Of a DNA stretch of 64,000 nt, positions 38,960-52,483 are shown one piece after another. Position 1 is the first letter of the stretch; each line of letters opens with the position of its first letter. The notes beneath the pieces were generated by a model, which was not told the origin of the DNA, did no database searches, and was given only the letters and a program-made list of their open reading frames with translations. The stretch comes from Felis catus (lineage: Eukaryota), in NCBI RefSeq assembly GCF_018350175.1, contig NC_058368.1:50159815-50223814 (forward strand), written 5' to 3'. The position numbers were made by a program, and so were the translations under genes.

Positions 38960-39170
38960 GTAACAGCTGTTTATTGAGTGCTTACCATGTGCCAGACAGG
39001 CTTCTCAAGCTATTTCTTAGTCCTCAGTGATCCTTGTATCCCTGTTATGCTGTTGTGGAATTTGAGGCGTGGAGTGGTCATGTTCCTTGTCCAAAGCCAT
39101 ACAGGGTAGTGAGCGGTAGAGTCAGGGTTTGAAACCAGGCAATCTGACTCAAGGTCGCCCGCACCACACT
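38960..39170. mobile_element. MIR SINE
   Basis: tttattgagtgcttaccatgtgccag...gagtcagggtttgaaaccaggcaatctgactc. Confidence 0.75.
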
Positions 39171-41745
39171 ATGTTGTGGAAAAAAGAATTGGAAATAGAT
39201 GACCTGGCCATACCACACCGCTTGCTTTTTCTTGAATACCTAGTATGCTTTCTTAAACACATCACAGATACTCGTTCTTATTGTTCACACATTCTAAAAT
39301 GCTCATTTTACCCATGTTTGTCTTGTGAAGTCCTCCTGTTCTTTCAAAGCCCAGGAGGGTCACTTCCTTTGTAAATCAGGACCTCTTCTTCCCCTAGTTG
39401 GAATTGAACTTTTCACCTTTGAAAGTGTCATTTGCTGAATTCGTCCTTGTTCTAAGTGTTCACCGTTTCTCCTTCACTGGTATTCTTTGTACCCTCCACA
39501 GCCTTTACACACAGTTGGCATTTTTGTATTTACTGACTCGAATTGCAGTCAAGGCCTTGATCACCAAACCGAAGTATGAACTTGGTCCAGCAGGTAATTT
39601 AGGTCCTTATAGGTTCTTTCCCATCTCCACTGCCAAGCAGGGGTTTCATTCCTCTCCACTCCCTTTTCTCCTGTACTTCTCTTAGGGTATTGTTTCTTTT
39701 CCTACCTCTTTTTCTGATCCAGGCTTCCAGGGCAATCCTGAGGGTGACCCTGAGGCGAGGGGAGAGAGTGTGACTCCCAGATTCACTTTGATAACTTTCC
39801 CCTTGATTGGTCATCCATAGGGTTTTGTTTCCTGTTCTTTCTTGTCAGAGACCTCTTCTCCCAAACTCCACCCAGATCCACATTTCAGAACCACTGCCCC
39901 AGATTTTTTAAAGTTGTACCCAGAAGCCAGATGATACACCTGGAAGGAAGGATGCTTTTTTCATGTTTGCTTCTTAATCAGCAAGCCTGTGATAGTGCCC
40001 CTTTAGAATAGTATCCAGGGCTGACCGTGTCATAGCTGCCTCCCATGCACTGTGCTTACTTGTCACCTTCGCTAGACTCTTCTCTCTGGGAGGGCAGGAA
40101 GAAGCCTGTCCTGATCACTGTTAGCACAGTGCCTGGATCTACATTAGTTGAATGCTGACTGAGTTCTATTGGCTTCAGAGCTAAGTACGTGAGCATTAAA
40201 TAGGATTCTCTTTAGTTGATCTGGAAACTGCTTAACCAGCATTTATACACATATATAACGTTGTTTCCATGGGGAACAGAAAATAATTATGGCACAGCAG
40301 CCATGCACCTCGGTACCTCTTAAATGTTTCACTTAATCCTCCCAATGACTGCAAATTAGGTGATATTATCCCCACTTTTACTGATGAAATACTTGAGATC
40401 TGAAAGTTACATAACTTGCTTTGGGTTGGTTAAGTGCTTAGGCCACAAATGTAATTTCTCTGACCCTAATTTTTTTTGAAATATGAGAAGCTCCAATTTG
40501 AGAACTGCCTTATGTGAAGTTAAGTCTCCAAATGTTAAGTCATGTTAACTTTGTTGTATCTCTAGAATTTTAGAGCCAACAGGGACTGAAATATCTTCTG
40601 TTTCATAAAGTCATTCTTCAAATTGCTTTTGAGGGAAGCTGTATGGTTATCTGAAATGTAGAATTTCTGAAAGGTAGAGTTTGAAATCTCCTCAATAGGT
40701 AGTAAGTAGCTACCAGCAATTTTAAATGGCATACAGTAATAATAATTGGCATATTCTGTGACTGAAATTCTGGTAGCTGTGTAGAAGATGGAGGGAAAGA
40801 ACGGCAGGGGCAGGATAGCCGATGACAAGCTGGCTGCGTTAGTTTGGGCTGTGGTCTCCCCTCTAAATTAAGATGGTAACCTGAAGAGCAATGAAAGAAT
40901 GGGACGATTCAGGATAGATTTATGGACTGAGGACTTGGGAGCACTTTTCATGAAGGCATGGGTGTGGTGGAGAGTGGGGGCTGTTGTGTGCAGCTGAGGT
41001 GGGAAGGGAAGGAGGAGGAGCCCCTGGTGTTGCTAACTTGGGCATCTGGTCAGGTCGTGATGTAACTGACCAAAGTCGAGAAACAAGAGGTGGAAAAGAG
41101 TAGGTTCGGGAAGAGGTCGTGAATTTAATTTTGGGTATCATGGGCTGAGGCAGTAGCTGAAGACACAGCAGGGAAAGAGGTTAACTCAGGAAAGCTTGTA
41201 GTCAGAAAGATGGGAGGCTGGCTAGGGAAGAACAAGAAGTGAACGTAGGAGAGCAGGCAGAAGAGCACACTAGTGAAAGTGAGAGGCGGCCAGACAGATG
41301 GAGGACAAGACGGGGGGGAAATGGGAGAGTGGATGACAGAGAAGACCGTTTCTGAAAGCAGGAATCGGTGGTAGTGCCTGGTGGAAGGAGGATCGAAAAC
41401 AGATTCGGTAGGAAAGAGATAAACTTGAAATGAGTTGAGTTAAAGCCATAGAGCTGGAAACACCACCTGCCTCTTGGAATGGAGAAGTGGAGCCAGTAGG
41501 TATAGATGTGCCTCTGGCAAAAGAGAGTGGCTCTGGTGCCAGAATGGTGCCACGATTTGGGGCCACCCACCTACGTTCTCACCCTACTCAGACCCTGAAA
41601 AAATGATGCAAAAGAATCATGTGTACAAAAATCAAAGTTGATACATTTCCTCTGTTACTTATCACTATAGAGTGTTTTAATTTTGTCAGTTTCAGTGAGG
41701 CTTCCCTTAAGTCAACACATTTATCTAATTGAAAAATTGGGGAGA

Positions 41746-41994
41746 GGGGCGCCTGGGTGGCTCAGTCGGTTGAGCGGCCAGCTTCGGCTCAGGTCATGAT
41801 CTTGCGGTCTGTGAGTTCGAGCCCCGCGTTGGGCTCTGTGCTGACAGCCCAGAGCCTGGACCCTGTTTCAGATTCTGTGTCTCCCTCTCTCTGGCCCTCC
41901 CCCGTTCATGCTCTCTGTCTCAAAAATAAATAAACGTTAAAAAAAAAATTAAAAAAAATAAATAATAAAAACAATGAAAAAATTTAAAAAAAAA
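41746..41994 (+). mobile_element. CAN-SINE with 15-bp TSD and long A-rich tail
   Basis: TSD gaaaaattggggaga at 41731-41745 and 41995-42009. Confidence 0.96.
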
Positions 41995-44599
41995 GAAAAA
42001 TTGGGGAGAATAGCTTTCTGACCTGTTAGTACATAAGACTGACCCTATTTTCTACCACTTCTCATCTTTGGTGAGAGGAAACTCTTAATTAATCAGATAT
42101 CCTAAAATTAAATGTGGTCATTGCTACTGTAGATAGATCATCATATTGTTGTCTAAAAAGCTCAGCTTTCAGTGTATATTTCTGTTTGAATTGTATCTAA
42201 TTTGAGGGAAATTATTTTTAAATGGTGATATGTTCATAACCATACTCATATCTTTTCCTGCGTAGACAACTGGAACCACTTGACGTGGTTCTTTATCAGT
42301 CATCAAGAATCTAGATTCCCCCCAAGAATTTATATTTCTGGTTCTATCTAGTTCCAGCAGTAATAATTCCCTTATCATCATCTTCTGAAGCATGAAAAGC
42401 ATGGACTGTTTGTGGAATATTCACATGGCATGTGTCTTGCAGAGATAAGTAGGGAAGTAGAAATCCTAACTGAAATCACTGCTGAATAGTTTATGCCAAA
42501 CTGTAATTATAGGTATGTTCCCCTGCTCATCTAATTCAAGGAGCGAGGATTCCACAGCAATGCCTATGGGACTGCCATAGTGGGCAGGCCATGCCACTGA
42601 AATTACAGCTTGAAACTGAAATTACAGCTACTTTTATGGATTGGTTTGGGAGGGAAGTGGTCTACATAAGATTTTCATTTGAAAACAGGGTTTTGCAAAA
42701 ACAAAAAGCTTGCAAATTAACATCATTATGAGAGAGAAGTTCCTGCTAGAGTCAGGGACAGGCCAGAGGTCACCTGGTTATTGATAGAAAAACACCTGTA
42801 ATTGCTCCGGGGGTTCTTTCCTCCTTTGCCTGTATATAGTCCTAGGGACCCACACACTTACAGTCTGTCAGGCTGCTGGCAGCCGCAGTGAGGCTGTTCC
42901 CTGTTAACTGTTTCTGAGAGGTGGTTATCTGCCCTTGTATTTAATATGTTCAGGTAGAGGCTTCTTTCCAAGGTAAGAATATCCTTTTGTGAGACCGTTC
43001 TTCTTGTCTAATAAAATTGTGAGGCTCTTTCATCTTTAGCTTCAGCTCATTCTCTTTTATCCTATTTTTGGTAGAAAAGGATAATGTTCACTTGCTGTCT
43101 CCCACAAAGTATTCTTTTTATGTAGTTTGAGACTATTTATTTGAACTCCATCATATCTTTTATTTTTCAAGATAAAAAACATCAGTTAGTATCTTGAATA
43201 TCTAATGTATCATTTGTCTCTGTGCCCTTTTATAGCAATAGATTCTGTAGATGGCTGTAAGTCGAATTATTATTATTTTTTTTTGGACGGTTAAGTGTGG
43301 TGATGACCGCTTGTTTTCACTGAGTCATCTCTAATGTAAGTGTATGGTAGTTTCGGTTAAGGACTGGAACTAACCAGTAATTTTTTCTATTCATAGCAGA
43401 GCTTTATTCTGGAGATTGGTGTTCATCAGGCTGATTATTAATGTGTTCTCACTACCTACATCTGGGTTCCTGTATTTAAACTGCTTTACAAGCTTTCTGA
43501 TGAAGACTTTTCTATATCATTAGCTACAGATTTTTAAAAAATAATTCCATACCCAACTCTTGAAGAGTCAATAATTATTTTTCAAGAGCCAGGACCATGC
43601 CTCATCCATCTTTATTTCCCAAGAACTAGGCACTGTGTTTTATACAGAATAGACGTACAATAAGTGTATGTTGAACAAACGATAAGTAAATGTTAAAGCA
43701 CTTCTGTGTCCATAGAATGTAGTAAGTTCTTGGTTCAGTGTCTTCCTTGCCTTCTATTTCAATTCTTATATAATATCAGTTTTTCTCAGAATATACTCAC
43801 ATGGATTTTAAACTTGTTTTAGAGATGGAAAAACTTCGGCATAAAGCTTTATGAATTGCCCAGTTGGCCCTAGATTTGGTTTTCACGGCCACATTGTACT
43901 GGAGAATGTGTAGGGTTTTTTTTTTTTTTTCTGGAAAATTAAGTGACTTTAGGAATAACTTTTTCTTTTAGTCTAAGTTCTTAATTATTTGGAATCAAAG
44001 ACTGAAACTAGTCTGGGAATGGTAAGTTAAAATTCATATCTGCTGTTGACCCAAAATGAAACACATAAATTATGAAAGATAACTGAAATGTTCACAGACA
44101 TTGTATATTTTAAAACTTAAAACATTTGTTTTGGGAATGGCTGTGAGTCTGTGGCCCCGAGAATTTGCTGCCGTGGGGTATGGTGGTGGAGGCTGGCTGT
44201 TGTCCCGGAGGCCGTCGTTCTTGGGCTCACTGACTGTTGTTACTTTAAGGAGGTTGTGACTTGTTGCTCAGCGTGTCTCAGCAGGGGCCCTCTTGGCATC
44301 TGACCTGTGGTTCCTCTGAGGTGCCATCGCTCCATGTCCCACAGCTGTGCGGAGGCTCTGCCCTCATCACTGATCTTCGCGTGGCTGTGGGGCAAACAAC
44401 ACCTTCCCAAAGCTTCAGGCTCTCTTTAGGGGGTGGTGTCAGTCCCACAGGCGCCCCACAGCTAGCTGATTGTGTGTCAATGAACCCCTTGAAATGATGC
44501 AGCTATGTTAAATGTCAGAGACACTTTTTCTAGAAGTACGGTGGCATTTTTAAAATGGTTAACAATTTTTTTGCTATTGTCAAAAATGCCATTTGATTA

Positions 44600-44865
44600 A
44601 AATGTATGTTCTGTAACATTGTATACATTTAAGGTATATAGTTAGTATATTAATTTGACACATTTATATATTGTAATATGATTGCCATTGTAGTGATAAT
44701 TAGCACCTCGATCACCTTACATAATTTTCTTTTTAGTGGTTGAAATAATTAAGTTATAGTCTCTTAGCGAGTTTGATCATAATACAGTGTTGTCTGTATT
44801 CACTGTTCTGTGCATTACATCTCAAGGGCTCATTTACTGATTGCCAGTTTGTACCCTTAAACAGC
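44600..44865 (-). mobile_element. LINE-1 3'-terminal fragment (L1MA/carnivore-type)
   Basis: taacattgtatacatttaaggt...agtctcttagc...agtttgtacccttaaaca. Confidence 0.65.
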
Positions 44866-45226
44866 ACACAGTCTATGTTCTTACTCTTTTCCTATTTGGG
44901 TAATAGCAAATGGTCTATAAAGTAAACCCAGTTGTATGGTGAGCATATGCCCAAGATTTATTAATGTCCAACTGATTTAAAGTATTGGTGTGAAGAAAAA
45001 TATCTATTAATGTGAAGTTTTCCTTTATTTTATCAGAAAAGCTAACTCACTGATATTTATATAAATGAAGGTTTTACTAAACCCAAGTTAAAAAGATGGA
45101 TGCTCCTGGTCTATTATGAAATAATTCAAGTGTACCTTGAATATAGCCTCCCTCCTTTCATGGATAGACTTTCCTCCTTGCGGGTGCCAGCAACACCTGA
45201 TCCCACTGGTTCATATTTGTTTTCAG

Positions 45227-45341
45227 GATCAGTTCAGTGATATGAGAATCAGCATACACCAGACGCCTGGGAGCGGTCTTGACTTTGGGTTTACAGTAAA
45301 ATGGGTGTTTTCTGGGATCTTCGTTGCATCAATTGAAGCAG
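45227..45341 (+). CDS. LMO7: LMO7 exon, 115 nt, PDZ domain N-part DQFSDMRISIHQTPGSGLDFGFTVKWVFSGIFVASIEA(G)
   Basis: tgttttcag|GAT...GCA G|gtaaat; DFGF = GLGF-type loop; phase 0 to 1. Confidence 0.95.
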
Positions 45342-46463
45342 GTAAATCATTGATTTAGCTCTACTGAACTTTCTTCCCCTTGTTATCCTATGCTGTTCAC
45401 AACCCCCTCCAGAAATTAGTGTGTTTGCTGTAGGAGGAGAAAATACATGTGAAAAGTGCAGCAGTAAAGCCAGGAGGTGCATCCTCTTCCCCGAGACTTC
45501 CCTGAGAATGATAGTGTTTTTTCTCTTTGCCTAATTAATTTGAGTTTTGTGGGGTCTTAGTTTTGTGACCTTTACAGAATTCGTCTGTCAAAATTTTAGG
45601 TTTGATATTTGGAAATGCTACCAAACAACACCTCACTGGAAATTCAAAAAGAACTTTCCATGATTGGCTGTGTCTGTGGTGGATATTTAAGTGCTGTATA
45701 ATAAATTGATGTTTTCTGAGCATCCTAATATATCTGTTGTCCGTGGAGTGTCCTCAGGATGCTTCAGGACTTTTACAAAAGTCCTTCCCCATCTGGGGTT
45801 ATATCAAGTCAGTCCCAGGCAGTCTTCAGCAAAATATCACCACAAGGCCTAAAATTTAAATGAAAGTTACTGTTGTTAAGAGGAGTTCCTCACTTACATG
45901 TTTTAGCTATATAAAAGTGCATGCTAACACTGTTTTTTTTTTTTTAAGAAAGTTCTTAAAAAAGACTTTAATTAGATAATGGCAAGTGGCAATTGTAAGC
46001 AGTTTTAAGTGGCCTTGCTTTTTTCCTTTTCCTTTTTCTTTAAAAAAAAAAATCCATTCCAGGGTACATTTGGTTTTGGAAGCTCAATTCAAGTACAATA
46101 TATTTCACATTTTTAATTTAAAAATAATTAAAAATTTTTCTTTGTTCCTAGGAAGGTAATAAATTTTATTGAATAGATGAGCTTATTTCTCCTTTGCATG
46201 TTAATGATGATGCTTACTGTGGAGTGAAAAATGCCTTTGCTGCTTTGTATATTGTGGATACCCAAATATTTGATAACGTAAAAAAAACCTCATGGATCTA
46301 CCCTAACTGAAAAATATAAGAGATGGTTAGTTGACATTAAGAAGGCATTTTTTTTCTTTAAGTAAGCAATTGGTAGAACATGGATTTTGTTGTTGTTGTT
46401 GTTGTTGTTTGTTTACTTAGAATTTTTTATTATTGGTTCCTTAATTGATTTTGCTTTATTTAG

Positions 46464-46625
46464 GTAGCCCAGCAGAATTTTCTCAGCTACAGGTAGATGA
46501 TGAAATTATTGCTGTTAACAACACCAAGTTTTCATATAAGGACACAAAAGAGTGGGAGGCGACCATGGCTAATGCTCAAGAAACTGGAAACCTAGTAATG
46601 GATATCAGGCGCTATGGAAAGTCTG
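46464..46625 (+). CDS. LMO7: LMO7 exon, 162 nt, PDZ domain C-part (G)SPAEFSQLQVDDEIIAVNN...MDIRRYGKS
   Basis: ttatttag|GT AGC...TCT G|gtaagt; GSPA..LQxxDxIxxVN PDZ pattern; phase 1-1. Confidence 0.95.
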
Positions 46626-47403
46626 GTAAGTTGGTTTTACCACCGTCTGGCTTTCTAAATCGGGAACTGGTTTTTGGCAAGTGGTTCTAACAGCTTGCTT
46701 CAATAACGTCTTCCTCCGTTTTTAAAAATTTTTTGGCTTCAAGATGTTTTGCGGTTATGCTGTCACAAGTCTTGAATGATACTTCCTTGACTATTCTGTC
46801 TGAAGACTTTTCACTAGCAAATTTACTGAATTTACATTATTTATCGACTGATTTACATGCTAGACTGACTTTGAATGCAAATATTAACTGGAAGCTATTG
46901 TAATTGCATCTGCATTTGGGAGTCATATAATAATGCTGAGTATTAAGAATTACGCTATGATTTTGCTTTCTCTACAGCACCATAACTAACTGGTATGAGA
47001 GAGAACATGGTAGGTCATTGGTCATGTTGCTGTTGTTCATGCTCAAGGAACTTTCAGTATATATTCTATTATTGTGTTTCTTAGCTGTTGAGGTTAGATG
47101 GAGAAGGGCATTAAGCCTCCCCCTGCCTGTTAAGGTATGATATCAAAATATGATACTCTATCCTGGCTTACAGAAAGATTCAGCAAATTTGCTAGTCTTT
47201 ACATTATTAACATCATCTAACCCTTGTGTTTTTGGAAGGTGATCTGTTGGTCAGAACACGGAACTCTTGACTTCTTTCACACACTACCTGATTTGTTTGT
47301 ATGTCTTCTACATGTTCATTTTGTATATGTACATTCAGTAACTTTGTTCTTTCCACTTCAACATTTATGTGTACTCATTTCTTGATCACCATGTGCCAAT
47401 CAG

Positions 47404-47591
47404 ACTGGGGCAGAGACCAACCTTCCCTGCCATTTACACGGCATAAAACCCTCAATCTCACCAGTATGGCTACCAAAATTATAGGTTCACCTGAAACAAA
47501 GTGGATTGATACAACTTCTGGAATTTACAACTCAGACAAATCTTCAAATCTGTCAGTAACGACTGATTTCTCGGAAAGCCTCCAGCATTCT
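47404..47591 (+). CDS. LMO7: LMO7 exon with two in-frame acceptors (47404 long, 47485 short), ...GSPETKWIDTTSG...FSESLQHS
   Basis: aatcag|AC TGG and attatag|GT TCA, 81 nt apart; donor TCT|gtaagt; phase 1 to 0. Confidence 0.9.
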
Positions 47592-48535
47592 GTAAGTATT
47601 TTGAGAAGTGGGAGTATTTGTGTAGAGCAAAGTATCTGTAGGAAGTCTGTGTGGGTGGGGAAAAGGATTTATTTGAACAATTTTGATGCTACTTTAAAAA
47701 CCATTAGTTGAATAAGATAATTTATAGGAACGAGAGTAAATCCTATGGCATTACTATTAATAGAATAATAGTTACATAATGGTAAAATCAAAAGATCCTG
47801 TACTGTTGTTTTACGGGTATTTCTTACCAATCTTCATCATTATGCCCATTCCTCAGATCTTTGTGGATATGAAGTAGTAATAATGTAGAATTATACACTG
47901 TAATTTGTCTATGCTTTCTTTAGTCTTTACAGGTAAATTGTACACAATTACTATACTTATTTTAAAACCTCATGAAGCATGTTTAGTTTCTTATGTAGGT
48001 GAATTTGATGGTTAGACTTCATGTGTGGTTAAAAGATATTCAGTGACATTAATTGATGAAAAATAATTACAGTCTAGGCATTTTCCTAAGTATCAGTTAA
48101 ATTTAAAATTTCAAATAAATGCTTATATCGACTCCCTAGATATAGTTGTTGTTATCTAAGATACTCTTTTAGCCAATAAGGAGTTCCAGCTACATTGTGT
48201 AAGAAATGCTTAAATGCTGAAGAATCTTATGTGCTTATGTTGCTTAGTCATAAATACAAGCTAAGTGAACTAATTATTTGGCATATCATGTTTCTTGGAA
48301 AAGGAATGACTGAATTTAAAGTCATTCATGCTTATCGATAGATGGTCATTAATCCTTCCACAAATATTAAAGAATAATGAAAATTTTTTTCTATTTATGT
48401 AAAAGGCTGTAAGAAATACATAAATATCCTGAAAAACTCACCTTATTAAGATATTTTCACCAATGGGATATGCATCATTTAAACCCAAAGTCCAGTTGAG
48501 GAAATAGATGCTAACTGGCATTTTATCCTTTCCAG

Positions 48536-48596
48536 AATACTGAATCCAAGGAAATAAATGGAATTCGTGATGAAAGTAATACTTTTGAATCAAAAG
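48536..48596 (+). CDS. LMO7: LMO7 exon, 61 nt, NTESKEINGIRDESNTFESK
   Basis: ctaac branch-like site, cctttccag|AAT...AAA G|gtaaac; phase 0 to 1. Confidence 0.92.
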
Positions 48597-49462
48597 GTAA
48601 ACATCACCATTGTAACTATATTTATAATATAGAAGCGCTAGCATTCAAGTTTTGCTATTATAAAAATTAATGTCAGAATAGAGGCAAAGAAAAACTGATC
48701 CCAATGCAAGTTGAAACTAAAAGGTTAGCACGCAGATCCAGTTGCAGCCAGGTGGAAAGGCATTCAGTTCCAGGGTTTGAATAGTTCAGGAACTGCAAAC
48801 AACGCTTTGGCAGCATGCCCAGCAGCTTTGAGTGCCTGTGTGTCTAAGCCAAATAAGAAAGACTGGTTTCCCGAGGCCATTAGCCTTCTTGCAATGGTAT
48901 GTTGGCAGAGGGAATCTTCGTTAAATCTGAAACGATGAATGAAGTTTCCTGCTCCCCTTTATTGTGGTGAAAAGGACAAGTTCATAGGCAGCTAGTCTTA
49001 GTAGAGCAATGGCAATAACAGTTATTAGTGAAAAGTACCCATTTGTAATGACAAGGCAGGCGTAGTATCTAGGGAGATCTTGTTTTAGGGAGTTAGTTAC
49101 TGCTCTCTTCCTCCTTCTGTCTGTTCATAAGTAATTGTCACCACATGCTATGTGCTATTCCTTAAGCATACAAAATAAGGAAGAAAGATCTGGTTCACAT
49201 AGGCAGGGAGAGAGAGACCCAAAGGAGATAAAACTCCTTTTACCATGAAGCTAAGCTCTGGTTGGGCTGGGTCTTCATAGCAGTTTGATGGCTTTGCACC
49301 TGCATTTGCCAGTTCATAATGGTCAAAGCCAAACCAAGTTTGTAAATTTCCCTTTATTGATGACTTATTTTGGTGTTAAATTTCTGATGGTTACAAGTGA
49401 CTGTGTTTTAATTGTCTGATACTGCATTCTTAATCAAAGAAGTTTTGTAAGCAAACCTAACA

Positions 49463-49677
49463 TTTTTTTTAAGTTTATTTATTTTGAGAGACATAGAGAG
49501 GGTGCGTGCCCACACGTGCAAGCCAGCACGAGTGTGGGAGGGGCAGAGAGGGAGAGAGAATCCCAAGTAGGCTCTGCGCTGCGTGGACACGGGGCTCCAT
49601 GCCACGACCCGTGAGATCATGATCTCAACCGAAATCGGGAATCGGATGCTTAGCCAACAGAACCACCCAGGTGCCCC
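49463..49677 (-). mobile_element. CAN-SINE (older subfamily)
   Basis: Poly-T, ...aaccacccaggtgcccc; flanked by aacct(a/g)ac. Confidence 0.9.
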
Positions 49678-50511
49678 TAACCTGACTTATTTTTGATTTA
49701 TGATGTTAAATCCAAGATGCCCAGGTCCTATTCTACCAGTTATTCAGGCAGAGCAAACAGATAATAAGACACTGAACTTGTCATTAGTGACTGGCACTGT
49801 ATGCTGGCCTGTCATTTGAGGGGTATGTTAAGAGAAGTAAGCACCGACTAGTGTCAAGTAATAATTTCATTTACATTTTATGAATAAACAGAAGTGTAAT
49901 GATCATTTGCCATGACCTTGCAACAGATCTGTAGAAGTCAGAATGTATCTTTTCATCCTCTCTCTCTTTTTTTTTTTTTTTTTTAATCGGACTGAACTCC
50001 ATTTACTTGAAGTTAGTGGATGTTACTAGGGCAAAATACAAGAATATTTTAATTTGGGCATTTGTTTTTATTTTGTCTTTCTCTGGGTATTAATTTATTT
50101 TCTTGTCTTCCTCCCCACTATTTTTCAGTTCATTTTTTACTTAATACTGTGAAAACTTTAGTTGCAAACAATTCTCTTTGGACTTCTAGACTTTGGATTG
50201 ATTAACCTAGCAAAACATATTAATGTCCATTTCTCTAAAGCTGTGTGATCTAGCATGGGGCTTCTGTGAAACTATGATGCTATCTGCTAGAATTTATTAA
50301 TGAAATAATTAGTTCCTCTACTAATCCGAATGTAGTATAGACTTCTAAAAATATGTGTCTCTGTACATTGAAATAATCCATATCTTCCATGGCCATCAGT
50401 TTTGTCATTTTGAAACTAGTGCTGCAGACATTAGTCAAATGTTTTCCAGTGGTGAGAGATTAAAATGAATGACATGGTATTGATTTTTTTTTTTTTGTAT
50501 TTTTCAACTAG

Positions 50512-50568
50512 CATCTGAACCTATTTCTTTGAAAAACTTAAAAAGGCGATCACAATTTTTTGAACAAG
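50512..50568 (+). CDS. LMO7: LMO7 exon, 57 nt, (A)SEPISLKNLKRRSQFFEQ
   Basis: ttttcaactag|CA TCT...CAA G|gtaaac; phase 1-1. Confidence 0.93.
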
Positions 50569-52457
50569 GTAAACTACCAAACTAACAATTCATGCACTTT
50601 CATCGACTTGTTCCCATTCTCCACTCTTTCCTAGTCGTCTGTGGTGCTGGGCACTGAGCCTTTCAATTGGCTGTCATGACCAAGCAACATAACCCATTTC
50701 CATTCTTTTCCTAGGGTCGTCAGGTTTTTCTTACAGTTCATGGGTCTACCTCTGTGGTAATGGGTCTTTGCGTGTCTTTGTATACCTGTGAATTTTTTTT
50801 GGTTTTCTAATTAAAAGATTGAGATGCTGTTAAACACACACTTATTTCTTTCCACTGGGTGACAGTAAGAAATGAGGAACTTCACTTACGCCTTACTGCT
50901 TCCTACAAATTGCATACTACTAGATTACACCAACATACAATTGTTGAACATTTATAAAAACTCTAATTTTTGATTATGGACCGTGCTCTTAATAAAGAGC
51001 AGAGTTGTTTATTAGTATTGGGGTGATGGCTCTGGAGTGTTACTAGGAGTGCTCTGTGGATTCTAAAGCAAATCAAATGTAAATTTTGGTTGTACTTCCA
51101 ACAACGTGCATCTTGAGAATCACTGTGTTGGTGTAGTTGAGCAGCTCTGCCTTATGTGCTATGCGTGTGGCATTTCTTACCCCTGTCACGTCTGTCTAAC
51201 GCCCTGTCTCACGAATGCATTCCCAGCTGTGCTGTGCTATCAAGAACTTAAAAGTAATAGCCAACATTTGAGATGCAATGGCACGGAGAGTAGTGTGCTG
51301 TTGGTGTCTAAATGTTGTTGTTTCTTGCTTTTAAGATGATCAAAAATCCTTTACACACTTGTCTTACAGTATACTTCCTGGACTCATGGATTTTTTTTTT
51401 TTTTTTTTAGATCTGCTAGCCTTCCTTTGGCAAGTTAAGGTTTCTTTTTGACCATAAATAAGAATAGCTTATCAGCCATGCATGTGCAAGGTCTATTTGT
51501 GTCAGTATCCTTCGTGTTTTTGACATTTTTGTTAAATTCCTGTGTTTCTGTGGTAATTTAATTGAAACAGTGTGATACTCCTAGCCCAAACTGGCTAAAC
51601 TGAAACAATTCCTTTTCTTGCTCTGTTCTAATGTTCACTTACTTTTCTTCAACAGGCTATTTTAGGGAAGAACTTTTTCCTAAGTCTCAAAGCAGCTTTC
51701 TTAAAAAAAATGTGCGAGTGAATAAATTTACCAGACAGCTGAGGTTTCAGGAAAATTAAATAAATACTGTATGATAATGCATTTCATGAAACTTGCTTAC
51801 TTGTTTATAATCCTTGTCCTACATACAGACCCACATTTATGTAGTCCTCCTACGAATAAAAAGAGTGATACTAGGCCCATAGCCTTACACATGAAGTTGA
51901 ATATCTGTGCTTCAAGTAATAGGAGAGGGAAGGGAAGGATTTCTTGAACATGTTTTTGTGGGGTCTTATTTAAGGAAAGTTGCTTATTAGCAAGGAGACT
52001 TGGAAAATGTGATTGGGAGCTGTCACATCGTAATTGAACAGTGGCAAGTAAAATTTTTGATTTGTAGATGTTGTAACACTTGAAATTCTTTTTTTTCCCC
52101 CCTATTAGGCTGAGCTGTGAGATACTACCAAGTCTATTCATAAAAGAACCCCAAAACCTCTTTAGAACACACCATCAGTTCAGCTCTAGAAACGGGAGCT
52201 AGGGTTCACCTTTGGCATCCACAGTTTCTCTCTCTCTCTCTCTCTCTCTCTTTTTAAATGACTTTGACTTTGGGAGGTAAAAAACAAGCAGATGAAATTA
52301 AAGAGAAAAACTAAGATACTGCTGTGGTTTAAAAAAAATCGTTGATGTCCCTTAGTATACTGGCATACAAACAGCTGGTAAGACTTTCTGAAAAGAATTA
52401 TTTCACAGAAATGAAAAAACTTATTGTCTTTTTCCTTTCCCACATGCTGCAATACAG

Positions 52458-52483
52458 GAAGCTCCGATTCTGTGGTTCCTGAT
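52458..52483 (+). CDS. LMO7: LMO7 26-nt exon, (G)SSDSVVPD
   Basis: aatacag|GA AGC...GAT|gtaagt; phase 1 to 0; matches human peptide. Confidence 0.92.

Noticed and set aside
41202..41570. 122-aa and 98-aa minus-strand ORFs
   Set aside because: Low-complexity S/L/F/P translation of a purine-rich, probably repeat-derived tract; no homology recognised
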